DNA of 45,986 nt, from IMG/VR virus record IMGVR_UViG_3300015050_000968, positions 1-45,986 of that record. One strand, written 5' to 3'. Origin of the DNA: a virus. Taxonomy: Duplodnaviria > Caudoviricetes. The number at the start of each line of letters is the position of its first letter. Position 1 is the first letter of the stretch. The position numbers were made by a program, and so were the translations under genes. Shown piece after piece: positions 15,631 through 25,037 of the stretch. The notes under the pieces are model-generated. The model did not search any database and had not been told where the DNA came from. It saw only the letters and a program-made list of their open reading frames with translations.

Positions 15631-17601
15631 CTACTCTACCGCGGCCCACCACTCCGCGTAGCCAAGGTTGCTGTCAGGCTCATGGATGGTGCGCTGCAGG
15701 TAGCTAGAGACCTCGAGCACTCGAGGATGCTTGCCCCGCATGCGCTCACAGGCCACACGCAGAGCTGCTCGGATCCACAGCCCGACACCGCTGCCGTTGT
15801 CGAGCAGCAGCGCTGAGTTGCCGCGAACGAACCCGCCGACCACGTCGTGGCCATCGTCCCACGCGATCGACGTGACCAGCGTCTCGCCGCTGAAGTCCTT
15901 CAGCAGCGCGTAGTCGAGCAGCAACGTCGAGATGTAGTCCATGATGCGCTCGATCGCCGGGTTGAGCATGCGCTTCTGCGCAGCCGAGAAGCCGACCAGT
16001 GCCAGCGAGTGTTCCCACAGCGACACCGATGGCGCCAGCACGCCGTCGACCATCACCGGCACGCGGCCGTCTGGCGAGATCCACGACAGCACGCGCATCT
16101 TGGAGCCGTTGCCGAGCCGCATCATCTCGTGTTCGCTCTGCGTGGCCTGCGCCTGCATCAGCACGGCCCAGGCTTGGTTCTCGGTGACCGCGAGGAAGTT
16201 GGCCCACGCGTGGATCGGCCGACCCTGCCCTCGAGCCGAGTCTGCTCCGTTGTTCGGGAAGACCCTGCGGTAGCAGCGCTGATCGACCGTCAGCTGGTGC
16301 TCCAGGTGGTTGTGCATCAGCGGGTCGTCCTGCAGCATCAGGTAGGCCGCGAGGTTGTTCTGCGACCTGTGCTGGTCGTCGTAGCCGGTCCAGCCGGTTG
16401 CCGGCGAGCGCGGTGCTTCCTTGCCCAGCCGATCAGGCGAGACGCTGAGCGCGTAGTGCGTCACTCCCGACCACGTCACCCAGTTCGGGTGCCGAGCCGG
16501 GTTGAGCGGCAGGTTGTCCTCGTAGTGGTGCACGCCCCTGAAGAGCTCGGCCTGCACCGCGTATCGCATGCGGTAGATCTGGCGCGGCGACATCTGCGCG
16601 ATGGCGAGCGTGCCCTTGGTGGAGCCGAAGTCTTCCTGCGATCCAGTCTGAGCAGGCGTCTGCGAGCAGCCGATCGGACGCTGCGCATACCACCCGGCTG
16701 TGACCTGCAGGCTGTTGTGGAACGCGTTCCATGCGGCCCGCTCTGCGGCATCGAGCGCGCTTGGGAACACGTTGGCGACGTTGCGATGTGCGAGCCAGTG
16801 GCCGTTGTCGTGCTCTGCGATGCCGAGCACTGGGCCTCGGCTCATTGCCGCAGCCTCGATGTTGCGGATGCCTTCTGCGACCTGTGCATCGGTGAGCAGG
16901 TCGGGTGCGTCCTTGAAGCACAGCATGGCGCCCGAGATCGGCAGGCCGCTGCCGTCCACGAACGACAGGTTGATGCCGAGGATCGTGATGTAGTCGCCGC
17001 GGTAGTCCTTGGCGCCCGAGATCATTCCGTGCCGGGTTGCGAAGTCGAGCGAGAGCATCTCACCGCTGCGCAGCAGCGCTCCCTCGACCGTCGTGTTCCA
17101 GCGGCTGTCGCGGCGATCGCTCCACACGACCTTGCCGTAGACGTCCATCACCGGGTCGTCGCTCCAGACGTCAGCCCACCACTCGAGGATGAACCCGTCG
17201 ACCACGGCCTTGATCCACCAGCGCTGCACCGCCGAGTTGTTCTCGACCAGTCGCCAGTCGACCATCTGCGACCACGACACGTGCCCGCCGGCCTGCAGCC
17301 CAAGAGCTGGCACGAGCTTCAGCACGTCGTCTCCGACCCACGGGTGCATGGCGAACGGCTTCGCGTCAGGGTGAGGCTCTGCCACGAGCTGACCCTCGAC
17401 CTTGTCGTTGCCCTGCAGATCAGCGCGAACATGGAACGCGACCCATGCTCCCATCGCCCGGCCGCGGACAGCGCGCCAACGACCTTGCGGGGTGACGAAG
17501 GTGCACTCGCCGGCGAATCCAGTCGCGTCGGCAGCTGGCACGGTGAGCGTGCACCAGTGGGTGCGCGGGAGCGGGGACAGGTTCTCGATGGTCGCGATCA
17601 T
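15631..17601 (-). CDS. Large hypothetical protein (656 aa), possible beta-sandwich plus alpha/alpha-toroid (lyase/hydrolase-like)
   Basis: Long GC3-rich, Trp-rich ORF; WTGYDDQH...AYLMLQDDP and RGQGR motifs; fold assignment is an inference. Confidence 0.75.
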   Translation of the reverse strand: MIATIENLSPLPRTHWCTLTVPAADATGFAGECTFVTPQGRWRAVRGRAMGAWVAFHVRADLQGNDKVEGQLVAEPHPDAKPFAMHPWVGDDVLKLVPALGLQAGGHVSWSQMVDWRLVENNSAVQRWWIKAVVDGFILEWWADVWSDDPVMDVYGKVVWSDRRDSRWNTTVEGALLRSGEMLSLDFATRHGMISGAKDYRGDYITILGINLSFVDGSGLPISGAMLCFKDAPDLLTDAQVAEGIRNIEAAAMSRGPVLGIAEHDNGHWLAHRNVANVFPSALDAAERAAWNAFHNSLQVTAGWYAQRPIGCSQTPAQTGSQEDFGSTKGTLAIAQMSPRQIYRMRYAVQAELFRGVHHYEDNLPLNPARHPNWVTWSGVTHYALSVSPDRLGKEAPRSPATGWTGYDDQHRSQNNLAAYLMLQDDPLMHNHLEHQLTVDQRCYRRVFPNNGADSARGQGRPIHAWANFLAVTENQAWAVLMQAQATQSEHEMMRLGNGSKMRVLSWISPDGRVPVMVDGVLAPSVSLWEHSLALVGFSAAQKRMLNPAIERIMDYISTLLLDYALLKDFSGETLVTSIAWDDGHDVVGGFVRGNSALLLDNGSGVGLWIRAALRVACERMRGKHPRVLEVSSYLQRTIHEPDSNLGYAEWWAAVE

Positions 17602-17993
17602 GAAACGGCTCGGGTCATGAGTAGGTGGGTGATCTGGTTGTCGTTCTTGTAGAGCAGGTCCTGCAGCGCGTCGAGCGCTGCGTCCTGCAGGTTCTGCAGG
17701 TCGCGCTTGCGACCGGTCTTGCCTCGAGGTGGCGGGCCCACGCCCTCGATCGTGATGGTCAGCGTGTCGCGCACGACGTTGTGCGTGAACTTGGCCGCGA
17801 TGTCCTGGTTGCCGAACAGCGGCTCCTCGCCAGCCGTGTAGCCGGCCTCGGCCATCGCCTGCACGGCAGCTTCGCGGATCCAGCTCTGGGCCGAGCGCAC
17901 CGCCCCCGACCTGCGCATGCGGCCGCGGCCGATTCGCATGGAGTTCTTCAGGGACGGGGGGACTGGCACAGTGAATGTGATGCTATTCGTCAT
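17598..17993 (-). CDS. RusA-like Holliday junction resolvase (131 aa)
   Basis: FTVPVPPSLKN...RKRDLQN.....LDAL....YKNDNQI; the open frame extends upstream to GTG at 18230. Confidence 0.75.
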   Translation of the reverse strand: MTNSITFTVPVPPSLKNSMRIGRGRMRRSGAVRSAQSWIREAAVQAMAEAGYTAGEEPLFGNQDIAAKFTHNVVRDTLTITIEGVGPPPRGKTGRKRDLQNLQDAALDALQDLLYKNDNQITHLLMTRAVS

Positions 17994-18065
17994 GGCGTAA
18001 ATCTCTCTTCTCTCTCTCCAACCAACCAGCTTCTGGGGCTTGCCGGATGGACGTAGGTTGTGGGC

Positions 18066-18266
18066 TGTCCCCAGTTCCCCACCCCCCCCTTTAGGGGGGG
18101 TGTGGGGACAACCAACTGGGGACAACCCCCACCAACACCGGGCAATCAGCATGGGGACACCATCAGGGACAGCATGGGGACAGGTGGGGACAGCGGGGAC
18201 AGGTGGGATAGGTGGGGCTGTTTCGGTCACTTCTGGGCTCCACCTGTCCCCGAATCCGCGGGGACA
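18066..18266. repeat. GGGGACA iteron cluster, putative replication origin
   Basis: GGGGACA at 18104, 18118, 18153, 18176, 18186, 18195 and 18260; variants at 18166 and 18205; inverted TGTCCCC at 18066 and 18245; C-run/TTTA/G-run palindrome at about 18082-18100; lies at the 3' end of the primase gene. Confidence 0.7.
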
Positions 18267-20326
18267 ACCCAGCTGGGGTCTTTTTTGGTGCCGACGTTTT
18301 TGATCGAACCAGTTGCTGCAGCTTCACTTATGGCGGCATAGACGGTGTCCCTTTTGCGCCCCATGGCCAGCCGGATGCTGTTGCCACTCTTGCCGCCCCG
18401 ATTGCCCTCGCCTTCGACGGCTCCCAGGCGCCTCAAGGTTGCGACCAACGCCACCACCGACTCCTGGAAGGCCTCGATCGCCTTCTCGTTCACCAGGGGG
18501 TCTACCGGCTTCGCAGGGGCCTCCTCGGGCTCCTTCGGCTCCACCTTCCAGGCGTCTGGGATCATGACGCAGGACCACTCGGGCTTCTGGTTGCTGCGGA
18601 TCGTTCCGGTCAGCACCGGCACCAGGAACAGCGGGATCGGCGGGAGCTTCTCGCCGTCCTTCTGCTTCCAGGTCTCGAGCGCGCGGGCCCGGCTGCCGTC
18701 CTCGCCGACGACCACCAGCCCCAGCGCGGTGTCGACGTTCCTGGTGAGCGCGCCGCTGCCGCGGACACTGTCGCGCCCAGGCTTCGCTGGAGCGTCGCCC
18801 TTCTTGCGCTGCTGGTTCATCTTCACCAGATGGTGGATCACGACCACCGTGCAGCCAAAGCGCTTCCTGAGGGCAACCAGCCCGCGCAGGACCGGGCTCA
18901 CTTCCTTGGCGTCGTTCTCGTCACCGAGCAGGCCCTGGCTGAGCGTGTCGATCACGATCATCGACGGCGCCCGGCCTTTCGTCTTCACCACGAACTCGAC
19001 CACGGCCTCGAGCTGGCCCATGGTCTTCTCGGACAGCACCGGCACCTCGCTGCTGACGAGGCACCAGCGCCCGCCGTCGCCCTCACCGAGCAGGTGGTGG
19101 TGGCTCGCATGCCACGCTCGGAAGCGCGCCGCGAGCCCGTCCTGGCCTTCGCCGGCAAGGTAGAGCACATCGCCCGGCACGACCGCGGCCCCGCACCAAG
19201 GCAGCCCGTAGACCATCCGCATCGACAGGTCGATCGCCGCGAACGACTTGCCGGCTTCGGTGTCGCCGGCGAGCAGCGTCAGCGAGCATCGCGGGATCAG
19301 CCCCTCGACCTGCCACTCGAGCGGCGGCAGGCAGGCCACATCCTGCCAGTCCATCAGCGTCATGCCGGCGGATGGGACCGAGCCGGGACTATCCGAGACT
19401 GACCGGGACGCCGCGGTGGCCAGCGTCACCTCGGGCGCCGGCTCGGCGGGCATCGGCCCCATGTAGCCGTGCTGCTTCGCCACCCAGAACACGGACCGCA
19501 GCGCGGTCTCGTGCGCGTCGGCGAACGCTTCCTTCGCCGCGTCCCAGGTTCGGCGCTGGTCGACCGGGTCGAACTTCGAGCTCGAGTAGCTCCACTCGGT
19601 CCACAGGTCGTAAGCCTGATTGCCGGCGCCGGTCGCCTTCAAGGCAAACCCCATCTTCAGCCAGACCGAGCGCTCGTCGTTCGGGATGGTTGCGAGCGCC
19701 GCGCGGATGTCGACGACCTGGGCGTCGGTCAGCGGTGTCACCCGCCGCGCGGGAAGCGCAGACGAAGCGCTGCGCTTCGTTGCGCTTCGTTGCGCTACCC
19801 CGTCGGCGAGCTCGACCAGCCACGGCGGCGCTGGCTGCAGGTCCTCGAGCTCGAACGGGTCGCCGAACTTCCAGCCGCGGCCGGGGCTCGCCGGAGACGG
19901 CACGATCGTGTAGCCGCCGTCGCCGAGCAGATCGACGCCCGGCCGCACGCCCAGCTTCCGCCGGCAGGTGCCGTTCGGATCGTGAAAGAACAGCTGCTCG
20001 CCGCGGCCGCGCGGGGTCTTCATGGCCAGCCCGCAGCCGGCAGGCCCATGCTCGAGCTCGAGCTCGGCCCACGCGAAGGCGCCATCGGCATCCGGCTTGT
20101 CGTCCAGGTCGACGGCGATCAGCTGCGCTGGCCCGCACGCCACGCCGACCTGGGCAGCTGGCCACTTCGCCCACCACCCGACGATCGTGCCGTGATCAGT
20201 TGTGGCCTCGAGGAATCCTCGCGAGGTCAGCGGTCGCTTGTTGGGTGCAGTCTGCACCGGGAACACTGGCCAGCCGCGGTCGGCATAGGCCAGTGCGGCA
20301 TCCAAGGCGGTGCCGAACTCAGCCAC
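18227..20326 (-). CDS. Bifunctional prim-pol / PriCT-2 / AAA_25 (RepA-like) primase-helicase (699 aa)
   Basis: ALAYADRGWPVFP, VDLDDK, KTPRG.G, VDLLGDGGY..VPSP; W.KMGFALK....LW.EWS..S.KFD; GDTEAGKSF, IVIDTL, VVIHH, RGSGAL. Confidence 0.92.
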   Translation of the reverse strand: MAEFGTALDAALAYADRGWPVFPVQTAPNKRPLTSRGFLEATTDHGTIVGWWAKWPAAQVGVACGPAQLIAVDLDDKPDADGAFAWAELELEHGPAGCGLAMKTPRGRGEQLFFHDPNGTCRRKLGVRPGVDLLGDGGYTIVPSPASPGRGWKFGDPFELEDLQPAPPWLVELADGVAQRSATKRSASSALPARRVTPLTDAQVVDIRAALATIPNDERSVWLKMGFALKATGAGNQAYDLWTEWSYSSSKFDPVDQRRTWDAAKEAFADAHETALRSVFWVAKQHGYMGPMPAEPAPEVTLATAASRSVSDSPGSVPSAGMTLMDWQDVACLPPLEWQVEGLIPRCSLTLLAGDTEAGKSFAAIDLSMRMVYGLPWCGAAVVPGDVLYLAGEGQDGLAARFRAWHASHHHLLGEGDGGRWCLVSSEVPVLSEKTMGQLEAVVEFVVKTKGRAPSMIVIDTLSQGLLGDENDAKEVSPVLRGLVALRKRFGCTVVVIHHLVKMNQQRKKGDAPAKPGRDSVRGSGALTRNVDTALGLVVVGEDGSRARALETWKQKDGEKLPPIPLFLVPVLTGTIRSNQKPEWSCVMIPDAWKVEPKEPEEAPAKPVDPLVNEKAIEAFQESVVALVATLRRLGAVEGEGNRGGKSGNSIRLAMGRKRDTVYAAISEAAATGSIKNVGTKKDPSWVVPADSGTGGAQK

Positions 20327-20564
20327 GGTTCTCGGGCCTCTTTCTGGCGGTTGACATCTGCTTCTCGGTGATGTCCTTGGCCTTGGCTAGCCACTCGTCC
20401 CGGCCTTCAGGAGGGCCGGCGATAGCCTTGACCATCATCGCCGTGGCCAACAACACATGGTAGGCGTCGTCCCAGTTGAAGTCAGGGCAGGCATTGATGT
20501 CCCTGAAGTATTCGCTGGTTGCTTCGCACGTCTGAATCAGAGCCGCTCGGTCATCTGCTCGCAT
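20319..20564 (-). CDS. Hypothetical protein (81 aa)
   Basis: MRADDRAALIQTCEATSEYF...; fills the gap between the helicase and primase genes. Confidence 0.6.
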   Translation of the reverse strand: MRADDRAALIQTCEATSEYFRDINACPDFNWDDAYHVLLATAMMVKAIAGPPEGRDEWLAKAKDITEKQMSTARKRPENRG

Positions 20565-20583
20565 GGTCTTGTCTCGCTTCGTC

Positions 20584-22281
20584 TCAGAAGGGCAGGTCGT
20601 TGTAGTCAACCTCGACCCGGTTGGAAGGGGGTGGTGGCAATTCGGTCTTCGGCTCGTCGCCCGGCTCTCGCGCCGGCTTGGCGCCGAACACCTTGCCCTT
20701 GATCTCGCCGAACTCGCCGCCGGTGTAGACCACCAGGGTCTCGGGCGTCTTGATCTCGCCGCATTCCCAGCGGCACAGCGCGAGGTCGACGGTCTCGGGG
20801 TAGGGCTCGTGGCCACCGTGCTCCTTCCACCACTTCTCGGCCTTGCGGCGCGGGAAGCTGCCCTCGGGATGGTCGAAGCAGACCCACTCGCTGATCTTCT
20901 CGGCATAGCCGCAGGCGTAGTAGACGCGCATCGTCGGCGGCTTGCTCTGGTCCTTGTTGGCCCACAAGCCGCACACCATCTTGTGCACGCTCCACCGCTG
21001 GAACTGGCTCGCCGCTGTCAGGATCGGCTTCGATGAATCAGGACGCTCGTCGTGGTCGGGACCCATGCGCGGGAACTCGAACCCGCAGCTCGGGCAGATC
21101 ACGAACCCGATCGCGATGATGGTCTGGCACTCTGGGCATTGACGCACCGGCGCCTCCTGGGTGCCACCCTTGCCCGGCTCGCGCACCTGGACGGCGTCGA
21201 TCGGGCCGTGGCGCTGCACGTTGCCGCCGAAGTCAAGGATCAGGCAGTCGTCCTTGCCATCGGCTTTGCGCATGCCGCGGCCGACCATCTGCACGTAGAG
21301 CCCAGCAGACTGCGTCGGACGCAGCAGCGCGATCAGGTCGACGTGCGGCGCATCGAAGCCGGTGGTCAGCACGCCGACGTTGACGATGCACTTCAACGTC
21401 TTCGCGCGGAACCTGTTGATCACGTCGTCACGCTGCTCGCTCGGCGTCTCACCGAACACCGTGTCGGCATCGACGCCGTGCGACCGTAGCTCGGCTGCGA
21501 CCTCGTTCGCGTGGTTCACGCCGCAGCAGAACACCAGCCAGTGCTTGCGGTCCTTGGCGCGCACGACGAGCTCCTTGACGCTGCGCTGCACGAGGTCGCC
21601 TTTCGTCGCCGCGGCCTGCAGCTCGGCCTCGATGAAGTCGCCGCCGCGGCTGTGCACGCCGCGCGTGTCGATGGCTGCAAGCACGCCTCGGTTGGTGATC
21701 GTCGACAGCCAGCCGTCGTCGATCAGCTGACGCACGCTGCAGTCGTAGGCCACGCCGCCGAACATCCGATCTTCGCCGCTGTCGAGCCGTCCGGTGTCGG
21801 TGCGGAACGGCGTCGCCGTCAGCCCGATCATCCGCAGCTGCGGGTTGATGCCCTGCAGGCCGGACAACAACGTGCGATACATGCCGAAGCCGTTCGCGGG
21901 GATCAGGTGCGCCTCGTCGACCAGGATCAGGTCGCAGTGGCCGATCTCCTGCGGCCGCTTGTAGATCGACTGGATGCCGGCGAACAGCACCTGCGCCTCG
22001 TTGTCTCTACGCTTCAGGCCGGCGCTGTAGATGCCCACCGGCGCCGCTGGCCACGACCGCAGCAGCGTCTTGTGGTTCTGCTCGATCAGCTCCTTGACGT
22101 GCGTGACCACCAGGATGCGCTCGCCCGGCCACAGCGCGAGCACCTCGCGGATGAACTCCGCGCAGATCACGCTCTTGCCGCCGCCGGTCGGCACCACGAT
22201 CAGCGGGTTGCCGTCGTAGTTGCCGAACCACTGGTGGATGCTGTCGATCGCAGCCCTCTGGTAGTCACGCAGGTTGGTCAC
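20584..22281 (-). CDS. SF2 DEAH helicase, RadD/YejH-like, with C-terminal zinc ribbon (565 aa)
   Basis: LRDYQ, PTGGGKS, DEAH, LTATP, LTTGFD, QMVGRGMR, CPEC...CPSC; GTG start at 22281. Confidence 0.93.
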   Translation of the reverse strand: MTNLRDYQRAAIDSIHQWFGNYDGNPLIVVPTGGGKSVICAEFIREVLALWPGERILVVTHVKELIEQNHKTLLRSWPAAPVGIYSAGLKRRDNEAQVLFAGIQSIYKRPQEIGHCDLILVDEAHLIPANGFGMYRTLLSGLQGINPQLRMIGLTATPFRTDTGRLDSGEDRMFGGVAYDCSVRQLIDDGWLSTITNRGVLAAIDTRGVHSRGGDFIEAELQAAATKGDLVQRSVKELVVRAKDRKHWLVFCCGVNHANEVAAELRSHGVDADTVFGETPSEQRDDVINRFRAKTLKCIVNVGVLTTGFDAPHVDLIALLRPTQSAGLYVQMVGRGMRKADGKDDCLILDFGGNVQRHGPIDAVQVREPGKGGTQEAPVRQCPECQTIIAIGFVICPSCGFEFPRMGPDHDERPDSSKPILTAASQFQRWSVHKMVCGLWANKDQSKPPTMRVYYACGYAEKISEWVCFDHPEGSFPRRKAEKWWKEHGGHEPYPETVDLALCRWECGEIKTPETLVVYTGGEFGEIKGKVFGAKPAREPGDEPKTELPPPPSNRVEVDYNDLPF

Positions 22282-22652
22282 TTGGTGCGCCTCTCGTCGT
22301 CGGCAATCCAGATGCGAACAAGGTCGGTGGCAGACACACTCTCTGCGCCGAGCCTCTGCGCCAAGCGACTGGCGCAGGCTCGAAGGCGATCGGCATCGGC
22401 TTCTGCGAGCAGGATGTTGATGGGGCCCATGCCTTTCCGCTTCGTCCTTCCTGGCTTGGACGCGAAGTCGATCATGGAGCGCAGCTGGCTCTCGGAGACC
22501 AGGATGCCCTCGGCCTCGCCTGGGTTCCTGTAGGTGTTCAGCTTGCGATTGCGAACGCCGCTCCAGATCCACCTGCGGATGGTGTCTACGCTCACCTGCG
22601 TCCGGGTCTCAGCTTCTCGGATTGTGATCAGGTCTGTTGGGTTGAGGCTCAC
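22278..22652 (-). CDS. Excisionase-like/HTH_17 DNA-binding protein (124 aa)
   Basis: LITIREAE....VSVDTIRRWI..G...KL; GTGA coupling. Confidence 0.7.
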   Translation of the reverse strand: MSLNPTDLITIREAETRTQVSVDTIRRWIWSGVRNRKLNTYRNPGEAEGILVSESQLRSMIDFASKPGRTKRKGMGPINILLAEADADRLRACASRLAQRLGAESVSATDLVRIWIADDERRTK

Positions 22653-23026
22653 TGAAGGTCCACCTGTTGGTCGAGCCGCTCTTCGAGTCGGCGGATGTCC
22701 TTGCGTAGCTGGTCCATCTTCAGCGTTGCCAGCCACTCGGCGCGGTCCTTCCACTTGTCGTAGGTCGGTGCGACTGCTTCTGATCGCACCTTCTCGAGCT
22801 TGGCCAGAGCTGCGTCGCGCTCGTCGTTCGCCAGCTTGACCGCGGCGAACAGCCGGTCGCGATACGTCTCGAGCGCCTTCGCCAGCGACCGCATCAGCAA
22901 CGCCGCGTCACCGTCGAGCTGCGCTGCGATCTGCGGCACCATCGCGAGCATGCGCGCGATCGGCATCGCCGGCAACGCGTCGCGGGTGACGAAGGCCGGC
23001 TTCTTGGTCTTGGTCTTCTTCCTCAT
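22649..23026 (-). CDS. Hypothetical coiled-coil protein (125 aa)
   Basis: ATGA coupling; GAAGGAG RBS. Confidence 0.65.
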   Translation of the reverse strand: MRKKTKTKKPAFVTRDALPAMPIARMLAMVPQIAAQLDGDAALLMRSLAKALETYRDRLFAAVKLANDERDAALAKLEKVRSEAVAPTYDKWKDRAEWLATLKMDQLRKDIRRLEERLDQQVDLQ

Positions 23027-23421
23027 GGTCGTTTCTCCTTCTTCGGGCGACTGGCTCTCTTCCGCGGCGGCAGGGTAGCGTCGAGAATGGCGGCGTAGAA
23101 CGCGTCGTATGCCTCGCAGCTGCTCATGAGTTCCTCGTCGAGCTGGATCTGCGCCACCTCTTGTTCGGTAGGTGGCGCTTCCAGTTCGCCAAGACTCAAG
23201 GCTCCGAGCGGCGACGCCTCGAAACGCAGCCGCGCGAGGTGGGACATGGTGCACTCGCGTCGCCGGCCCCACCCAACAAACTGCGTAAACAAAGCCTTGA
23301 AGGGGCTGTGGCGGACGATCTCGTTGGTGGATCGACTGAGACTCTTCGCGATCTCGAGCAACCTCTGCAGGCACGGCTCGATGCGTAGGATGTCAGCCAG
23401 CACTTTTGCGTCATCTGTCAT
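23023..23421 (-). CDS. Hypothetical protein (132 aa)
   Basis: MTDDAKVLADILRIEP.L..L...LFTQFVGWGR...AYD; ATGA coupling; GAGGA RBS. Confidence 0.65.
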   Translation of the reverse strand: MTDDAKVLADILRIEPCLQRLLEIAKSLSRSTNEIVRHSPFKALFTQFVGWGRRRECTMSHLARLRFEASPLGALSLGELEAPPTEQEVAQIQLDEELMSSCEAYDAFYAAILDATLPPRKRASRPKKEKRP

Positions 23422-24392
23422 TGTCGATCCTCTTTCTTCAGGTCGGTCTCGAGGTGTTGGGTTCCGTCGGCGAACGAGTAGTGCATGGCGCCCTGGTAGC
23501 CGGCGGATACCTGGGCGTTGATCAGCGGCGGGATGGTGCGGTGGTGCTTGCAACCGGTGCGCTGCTTCTTGGACGACAGCTGCTTGTTGGTCCTGTCGCA
23601 GGACCAGATCGGAAGACTCTCGTCGCCGATGGCTCCCGGCGTGGACGAGCAGCAGGTCCTGCAGTTGCGTTCGGGGATCTGCTTGCCATGGCAGAGCTCG
23701 AAGAACTTGCACGGCCAGCGGGTGCCGTCTCGGCTCGTCAGCACGCACGGCGGCTGGTCCTTGTCGAGCTTGGCTGGTGGCTCGACTGCCGCCGCAAGAG
23801 CATGGCCACGGGCGACGATCGCCTCGGCCTTCTCGGGCTCGAGCCGCACGCGCTCCATGTAGATCTCGTCGGTGTCTTTGCAGACCGCGATGTAGCAGGC
23901 GCGATCTAGGCCGGAGCCGAGCATGTAGACCTGCATCTGCGCCCAGTGCTCGGGCTTGCTCGCCTTCACGCCCTTCTCCTTCAGGCGCTCGAACGACTTG
24001 GCGTTGTGCGTCTTGATCTCGAGGACGTGCTCAGTTTGCGGCGCCTCGACGAGGCCGGAGACGGTGCCGTCGAGGCCACCGCCGACGTGGCCCCATCGAA
24101 CAGTGCGCTGCTGGCGCGTGCCTTCGACGAACCGCGTGACGGTGGCGCCTGCGCGCTCGAGGTCGCGGATGACCCACGCCTCCTCGCGTTGGCCGCGCTC
24201 GAACAACCGCAGCTTCTGGCCCGACAGGTCTTCCTTCGCGGCCCAGCGGAACGACTGCCACAGGTAGCGGTCGCACTTGTGCCCAATCATCGACGCGCCG
24301 AGATGGTCGCGCCTCCAGTCCTTCTCGGCCTTCTGGTAGGCCTCGAACAGCATGCCGACGGTGGTCGGCCCGGTCAGTAGCAACTTGGTCAT
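23418..24392 (-). CDS. Cas4-like / PD-(D/E)XK exonuclease (324 aa)
   Basis: LGASMIGHKC.R.LW..FRW, FERG..EE, GGLDG, LEIKT, H.AQMQVYM, C-terminal CKF...C...CRTC (possible Fe-S ligands). Confidence 0.85.
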   Translation of the reverse strand: MTKLLLTGPTTVGMLFEAYQKAEKDWRRDHLGASMIGHKCDRYLWQSFRWAAKEDLSGQKLRLFERGQREEAWVIRDLERAGATVTRFVEGTRQQRTVRWGHVGGGLDGTVSGLVEAPQTEHVLEIKTHNAKSFERLKEKGVKASKPEHWAQMQVYMLGSGLDRACYIAVCKDTDEIYMERVRLEPEKAEAIVARGHALAAAVEPPAKLDKDQPPCVLTSRDGTRWPCKFFELCHGKQIPERNCRTCCSSTPGAIGDESLPIWSCDRTNKQLSSKKQRTGCKHHRTIPPLINAQVSAGYQGAMHYSFADGTQHLETDLKKEDRQ

Positions 24393-24489
24393 GGTCTCGT
24401 CTCGAGGTGGGGTAAATGGGCCCGGCCGGCGGCCACGATTCATGCGTGTCGTGGGGCGGTCCGAAGTTCCGGCCGGGGCCCGGTGTCTT

Positions 24490-25008
24490 CTACTTCTTCC
24501 AGCTGGGCTTCTGACCCGGCGCTGGTGCAGGCGGCTTCGGCGGGAAGGTGGTGGGAGCCTCTTCCTTCGGAGTTGTCAGCGGCACGCGGATCGGCGCGGC
24601 ATCGTTGAGCGACTGGAAGCCGTGCAGGCCGTTGCCTTCCGAGTAGCCACCCTTGGCCGGCGTGACCTTGACGCGGATCTTCAGGCTGCGACCGAGCAGG
24701 TCGCTGGTGTCCTTGAGCACCGGCACGTCACAGGCCAGCGCGATCGACGCGAGGTCGGCGCGGGCGAACTGCTGCGTTTCGATCTTGCTGTGATTCACGC
24801 ACAAATAGAGCGCGATCTCGCGGCCGGCGGCCGGCGCACCGGCGACCTCGTCGATCTTGAAGCGCAGGACGAACATCTCGCCTGCGTCCTCCTTCTTCGA
24901 GGTCTCGAGGGTGCTCGAGATGATCGTCGCGGGATACCAGCCGGCGGGGACCGGCGTCATCGAGGGGCGGGGTTCGACGCTCTTCGCGTCCATGTTGTAG
25001 ATAGCCAT
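24490..25008 (-). CDS. DUF669-type single-stranded DNA-binding protein (172 aa)
   Basis: PVPAGWYPATI...L.FKI...L..LGRSLKIRVK...N; Pro-rich tail ending PSWKK; follows the Sak4-like gene. Confidence 0.8.
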   Translation of the reverse strand: MAIYNMDAKSVEPRPSMTPVPAGWYPATIISSTLETSKKEDAGEMFVLRFKIDEVAGAPAAGREIALYLCVNHSKIETQQFARADLASIALACDVPVLKDTSDLLGRSLKIRVKVTPAKGGYSEGNGLHGFQSLNDAAPIRVPLTTPKEEAPTTFPPKPPAPAPGQKPSWKK

Positions 25009-25037
25009 TCGTTCTTCTCGTTCTTGTTGGTTGGGGG

